A stretch of 63,998 nucleotides of DNA, counting the filler, from Rhizaria sp. SCN 62-66 (taxonomy: Eukaryota), in the NCBI GenBank assembly GCA_001724265.1. It is 4 parts of 4 records of this genome, joined end to end, with 100 filler letters (N's around TTAATTAATTAA, not from the genome) between each part and the next. Parts side by side here need not be neighbours in the genome. Positions count along the whole stretch, not along the records: positions 58,570 to 63,998 come from MEDY01000635.1; 3 more parts are not named here. One strand, 5' to 3'. Position numbers and translations under genes: made by a program. Shown one piece after another: positions 58,570 through 63,998 of this stretch (position 1 is its first letter; every line of letters starts with the position of its first letter). Below the pieces are notes generated by a model, which saw only the letters and a program-made list of their open reading frames with translations, did not search any database and was not told the DNA's origin.

Positions 58570-60328
58570 GCATTTTTCTTCTGTGTTCAGTCGGTGATGT
58601 GCGCATCGCCCATTTCCACGCCATGGGCAGCGTGGCCTTCCTTTGCTCCCTTTTGCCAGGTTTTAGTTGGGGGTGGAATCCGGGGTTCGCCCCATTCGAT
58701 TTTGCCGCCGACGATGCCTGGATCGCGCCATGGGTTGAGCATCGTGCACTCATAACCGCGCTCTGTGTACTTTTCTGAGCGTTGTAGGTCGCTCGCTGTT
58801 GCCGCCGGGGCATTTTTTGTTTCCGGGCATGCCGCATCTGCGAGATCTTTATGCGCCGCTCGATTTGATCTTGCGCATCGTCCGGCGGTCAGCCACGCCG
58901 TTCGGTGCCGCGAAGGATCTGACAAGCGGAGCTCCTTTTTATTGTTGCCTAGCTGACGTGCAGCTGCTAGAACCTTGAACTTGGGTCAAGTTTACTGACT
59001 GTTAGAAGCGCAGTCTTTACCACCATCGGGGGTCATCGTATCCTCATTTTTTCACCGTGCACGCGGCAGCTTCGGTCCCTTGCGCAAGCTCGGTTGATCA
59101 TACGTGGACTTGTTTCACAACATCTTATGGGCTTCGGCTCAACTTCTCTCGGCTGCGCGATTCAGTTTCGCATATCTCTGGTGACTTTCGTCATTTCAGC
59201 ATCTTCTGCTCGGCAGATCTTCTTCCCACTTTCGGCGATATGTGCTCTTTTGTAGTCTTTCTCGATTGTGGACTCTTTGTAGGTCATTGACCTTGGGATA
59301 ATAAACAAACACAACCCTTCTAACACAAGTGGTGTCGATTCGCTGGTTGACACCTGCTGATCGTCGCGATGGAGCTGATCTTGGTTCGAATCAGACAAAC
59401 TTGTGCCCTTCTTGACAAATCGACCACTCTTGTCTCGTTCTTGACCTTTCCACACAGGAATCTTCGACGCTGTTGACGAAGACTGTATCCTGGGCACTGC
59501 CGGTGCCGGATTCTCACGTCTGAAAAAAGGTCAACAAGATCCTGCACTCGATCTTGGTTGGTCAAAGCAGGAGTTCAGCACAATGAACAGATCCTGCAGG
59601 CGACGCCAATGTTGAATTGCCGAGGCACTCAAGCATGAATTTATGGGAACAGGATGGCTCACTGGCTAAACCATGTATTGCGGACCGATGACGGGGGGGG
59701 CAAGGGAAAGACGAAAGACAAAAGACAACGCTACAGAGGAAAGAGCCACATCAAGAAGGGAATGCCGGATTGACCAATCACACGAAGACAGATATGGTCC
59801 AATCACGTCACAGCTAATCCCATAACACGATAGAAGAGCATACAAGAGGCTACAATGGTATAATGTAATACATTCCTCAATGATCAGGTAGATCCGCTCG
59901 AAGCCGTGACGATCTCACCTCCAGTGTCACGCATTCCACGAAGATCGACGACATGCCGCTACGCATTCCACAATGATCGACAAGATGCGACACAGATCAT
60001 TCTCAGCCCATTACAATAACCGACCAATGAACTCAGGCCACCTCATACGTCAACAATATAACCCACTATTGCCCCACTGGCAATCCATAAGCTCTCCTCC
60101 AGCTTCCTAACATGACTGTAATTATGTTATGATTTCAAAATGTTTGCGAAGAAAAATTGTTTCGCAAAAATCATTAAGAAAACCAGATCAATTGGGATAT
60201 CCGATCCTCAGCTTCCTAATAATAGGCACAGCTTACTAAGAAACCATGGCCCGCTGGCATTCAGGAAGCAATCCTAACGCTACCAACATTACAAAATACA
60301 AGCATCCCAGAAATAGGCACAAAAAAAA

Positions 60329-62437
60329 TCACATGCCTGGTATGGCGAGTACGGCCTGCCTAACTTTGGAAGGGGGATCAACCACCTTACCATCTGACCC
60401 AATATATCGTTGACTGCGAAACGAACGAAATAATGACTGCGGAACGACAAACATAAGAATCGCTTCCTTCTTATGACAGCGAGTAGCTCGCATCACTTGA
60501 TTGAGGTGATTGAGCTTGATTGGGTGACGTCTGCTGACCGTAAACTGGAAAAAAAGGTTCGGCCACATCATAGAATCAATGGCTGCAGCATTCATAATTT
60601 TCGGCCGAAAATATTTGCCTGGCTCGAATTTGATGTCCAACTTCTCATATATAACAGTCTGAAGCCGGGCAAGGGGCAGGTCAAACACTTCCTTAGTATC
60701 ATCATCTAAATAGCGATATTTGAAGTGCGCTCCTTTCGTCAGTGCTGCGTGAGCCTGCCCCTCAAAAAAGAAGCCTCTGACCGGTCCGTACGGGCCGATT
60801 CCCTCCGTCGCACGGATGAGATTCAAAATCTTTCGGCGATGTGACGCGAAAAAATGCTTGCTTATTTCATCGCGTATGTACGGCGAAGCAAATTCGTACG
60901 TAAACTTCCGAAAGTTACTGCAGGGGACCATGACGACAAGGCGGTGCGGAATAGTCTTTGCAGTTGGCATGTTGGAGATTGCACCCATAATACCACTTAA
61001 ACTGACTTCGCTAATTGCGTGTTCGATGTCATCCTTGAGTTCAGCGTCGGTCCTGTCGGAAAGCATGGTACGCGCAATACCGCCGCCAAACTGAGAGCGC
61101 ATACAAAGCTTGTCATACGATACATTCTCCGCATACTTGCAGTATGTCGCAATATCTGTATCCGACCACACAGGCATGTAACGAACACGCGCCTGCATTT
61201 GCTTAGACCATTCTTTATACACCGCACGCCGTGGCGACGTTACGACGACGGTTCGATTGACGCGGGTGCTAATTCGGTAGACAGGTCGGTGGGCGTCCGT
61301 AATGTACCATGTATTTTTTTTATCCTCTAGAGTCAGAGAACATATATCCGTGGCAAGTGTCAAGCGAGTCTCGCCATTCGCAGATAAATAGTACCGTATG
61401 TGTGGATCACTGGGAGGTTCGTAAATTACGTTGACGCGTTTCGAAGCCAAATACCACAATAGATAAGCAGAGAAGAATGTTTTGCCAACGCCAGGGTTGC
61501 CCATAATTGTGAAGGCCAGCTTGTTGTTACGATGGGCAAAAGCAGGAGGGTCGGTTACGATGTTCAGAAACGTGGAATAACATTCCCGAACAAAAAGAAT
61601 AGGACCATCATCTCCCAACACATCAACGCCTGGTGGCATATGAAGACAAGGTATGTCGGCCGAAAAGGATGTCTCGCGAAGAAATTGCCAGAAGGCAAGG
61701 AACCCTACGTTCTTAACGTTAACATCTACGAACCAAGTCGAAAGGAATAAAGTACCGGGATCGGCCGTCGCTGTCTGAACCTTCAGCGTCGCAGCCGTCA
61801 AATTTGCAGCGCTGAGAGTGTCAACCACTTTGTCCACATAGCGCGTCTCATTTAAAATAGGTTCGTCTTCGTCCAAGTCGCCAGTGGTGTGAAGGAAAAG
61901 CTTTCAGCCGCACCAAGAAATGTCAGCCAACAGTCAAACGCGCGTGAAAAAAACGTACGCGGATGTTGGCGGTACCGGGCTTTGCTCCGTCGGCAAAGCA
62001 GTTGTCGTTTATGTACTTGCGAACGTAGTCCCAGGTAAATCCTTGGTCGCGCTCAATTGAGCAGCTACCTGAGACATCACCAGTCCAGGACACGTGAATG
62101 GGTGGCGGATGTTGATCAGATGCAACAGGAGTTGTAATGGTTACCGTCAACCGCTGACGTTTCACCCTATCTCGGTAATTAAGCTCATCTGCGCTTCCTC
62201 TCTTGCGAAGCTATGGCCGGTAAAAAAGGGCGCACGGGGCGCCCCGAAAACGTCAGCAAAAAAACGGTCAAAGTGCGCGCGAAAACGGGGGCGTACGCGA
62301 ATGTCCTCGGGTGCGGGTTTAGGGTCAGGGCGACGTGCGCGAATGTACTCGCGGACATCCGACCATTCCGAGTTGGCTGGAAAAAGACCACCATCGCCTA
62401 CTCTGTTCAGCTTCCACCTCACACGGATGGTCTCCAT
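60329..62437 (-). CDS. Crinkler/RHS-type (CR) effector: duplicated N-terminal header + P-loop NTPase + REase-fold domain, 3 exons, 654 aa
   Basis: Exons 62437-62297 (141 nt), 62210-61959 (252 nt), 61900-60329 (1572 nt), all phase 0. LFVRECY, Walker A GNPGVGKT, YITD, VVVTSP, YMPVWS, GGIAR, FASPYI, GFFFEGQAH, YFRP..NAAAIDS, FQFTVSRRHPIK. Confidence 0.85.
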
Positions 62438-63730
62438 GGCGCTGATGGCGGATGGGAAAAGGGAAAGACGACACTGATGACGTACGTTTCCGGTGTCGGT
62501 TGATTGGCTGAGAAGTCTGCCCTCAAATCCACCTCTTCAAAGCGGTAATCCGGGGTGGAATTTGGGGACGGTGCTGATTTGTGCGGTCCAATCTGATCTG
62601 CACTCTATCTACCGGTAATATCAAGTGGTGAGTGCTCGTACCTTGGCGTCGAGAATAACATCGAGCTGTGTTTGTGCACTTTTCCATTCGTCGAGCGCAA
62701 TGAAGCCATTGAACCCCCTTGATTCGTACCCATTGGAATCGACGCTTCGGGCCAGCCGTTTGAGAGCGCGGGAAAACACGTTTGATCTTTACTCGCGCGA
62801 CTCTGACCCAAATTGTTGACCAAGCGCTCACTTGAATCAGGACATTGGCAACGCGCGTCCTCTTTTCGAGCTGTTTTTAGAGTCTTCATGTTTGATGGAA
62901 TCCTTGTACAAGTTCGCGTTGATCTCGAGGCGGGCGCCATCAAATCGGCAGTTTTTGATCAAGCTCATTACCCGTCTGCGCGTTCCTCAGTTTGGCCGTT
63001 TGAACTGAGCGTGCTACTTTTCTCTTTCTGGACACATCATTTGTTCAGGATTGCGAGTTTGCAGTCGCTCTGGTGCTTCGTGTCGGCGGCGATGCTTGAA
63101 TACTTGCGGGCGAGTTTGGCGGTCGCCCGCACTAGGGCTGCAAGGATCCTGACACGTTCGTGCTGGCTCGGTAACTGGCTACACCCACCGTAGTGCATTT
63201 GAGCTCGCTGATGTGGTGCAGTGTATTTACAATGCCTCCGCCTTTCATGATGAGGAGAATGCGATCGCGCAGGCGACGCGTTGGTGGATGGCCCCCCAAG
63301 GCGATGCCAAAGTCACTTGACAACGACGTGCCGCTTTTGCCGCTCTAATTGCTCTGACTCTTTTATTGGTATTTGCTAGTAGCGCGATCTTTGTATTGTG
63401 TTTTGCTTGTGTTCAATAGAGTCCAATTTCATCGCCTTTAGTTAAATGAACGCATCTGCTGGTGTCGGCAACTATTTTCTAGTGTTCTTTGAAAGTGCAG
63501 CTGAATTAGTAATACCCAATGCGACACAATGCCATTGCACTCACGGGACACGTATCGGTTCTCTGCCAATGCCTTATGGACCTGGCACGACACGCCTGCC
63601 GACAATCCACGACCATCTTTCTACTTTGTCGTCTAAAAAATAATGCTTTAACGATAGAAAGGCAATTTAACTATTATAACACTTGAACAGCACATCAATA
63701 CACCATCCGACAAAGAGATGGCGCAAAGAT

Positions 63731-63998
63731 CTAGTGCTTTGAAATAAACTCGTTGATCGAAAAACCAGGGAACGCGACCGTGGCAATGGTCGCCACCGCG
63801 CATCCCCACACGCCGTAGCCAAATGGTACAAGATACGCCGTGCGCGAGCCGATAAGGAAGCGAAGGCCGCCAACTGCAGTGCCGGCCACAAAGCCCGCGA
63901 GGCCCATCTCATTCAGCCGCCGCACCTTTTCGTTGGCGCGCAGGCGGTACGCGCGATCCGAAACCTGATCCTGGTTCTGGTCGCTCAGCCTGTACACC
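63731..63998 (-). CDS. C-terminal part of a small membrane protein (two Gly-rich hydrophobic segments), start beyond the window
   Basis: ...DRAYRLRANEKVRRLNEMGLAGFVAGTAVGG...GYGVWGCAVATIATVA...; open to the window edge. Confidence 0.5.
   Translation of the reverse strand, partial: VYRLSDQNQDQVSDRAYRLRANEKVRRLNEMGLAGFVAGTAVGGLRFLIGSRTAYLVPFGYGVWGCAVATIATVAFPGFSINEFISKH

Noticed and set aside
59868..59995. Possible CRISPR-like array
   Set aside because: Repeats are degenerate and irregularly spaced, only three units, no cas genes, eukaryotic context.
62520..63330. Coding-like fragments upstream of the CR effector
   Set aside because: Multiple stops and no consistent splice model or recognisable domain; could be a pseudogene but cannot be supported.

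Overview
Eukaryotic nuclear DNA from a protist-like genome. Four unrelated contigs (1-19241, 19342-38507, 38608-58469, 58570-63998) are joined by artificial N-TTAATTAATTAA-N linkers. Exons are GC-rich with many Ala/Ser/Gln/Asn low-complexity insertions. Introns are short, AT-rich GT-AG introns whose donor is usually GTACGT. Housekeeping genes reconstructed by manual splicing: P5A-ATPase, RPS17, an alpha/beta hydrolase, Rpn9/PSMD13, BCS1, a TMCO1-like protein, mitochondrial LeuRS, AP-4 beta, gamma-carbonic anhydrase, DMAP1/Swc4 and a papain-family C-terminus, plus tRNA-Gln(TTG) and two identical tRNA-Asn(GTT). Most notable: (1) a spliced Crinkler/RHS-type NTPase+REase effector with a tandemly duplicated N-terminal header whose two copies carry an intron at the same position; (2) a 16-20 bp palindromic DNA motif repeated inside coding exons in both orientations; (3) a secreted repeat protein crossing a single in-frame TAG, while none of 15 reconstructed gene ends uses TAG; (4) a twice-repeated [intronless ARM gene + tRNA-Asn] arrangement, one ARM gene fused to a degenerate cyclophilin-like domain; (5) a PAM2-like/Gly-His/Cys-cluster protein; (6) a ~460-aa insertion splitting the DMAP1 SANT domain. 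All assignments come from motif recognition by eye; no database searches were run. A non-opisthokont lineage, possibly SAR, is only an inference.
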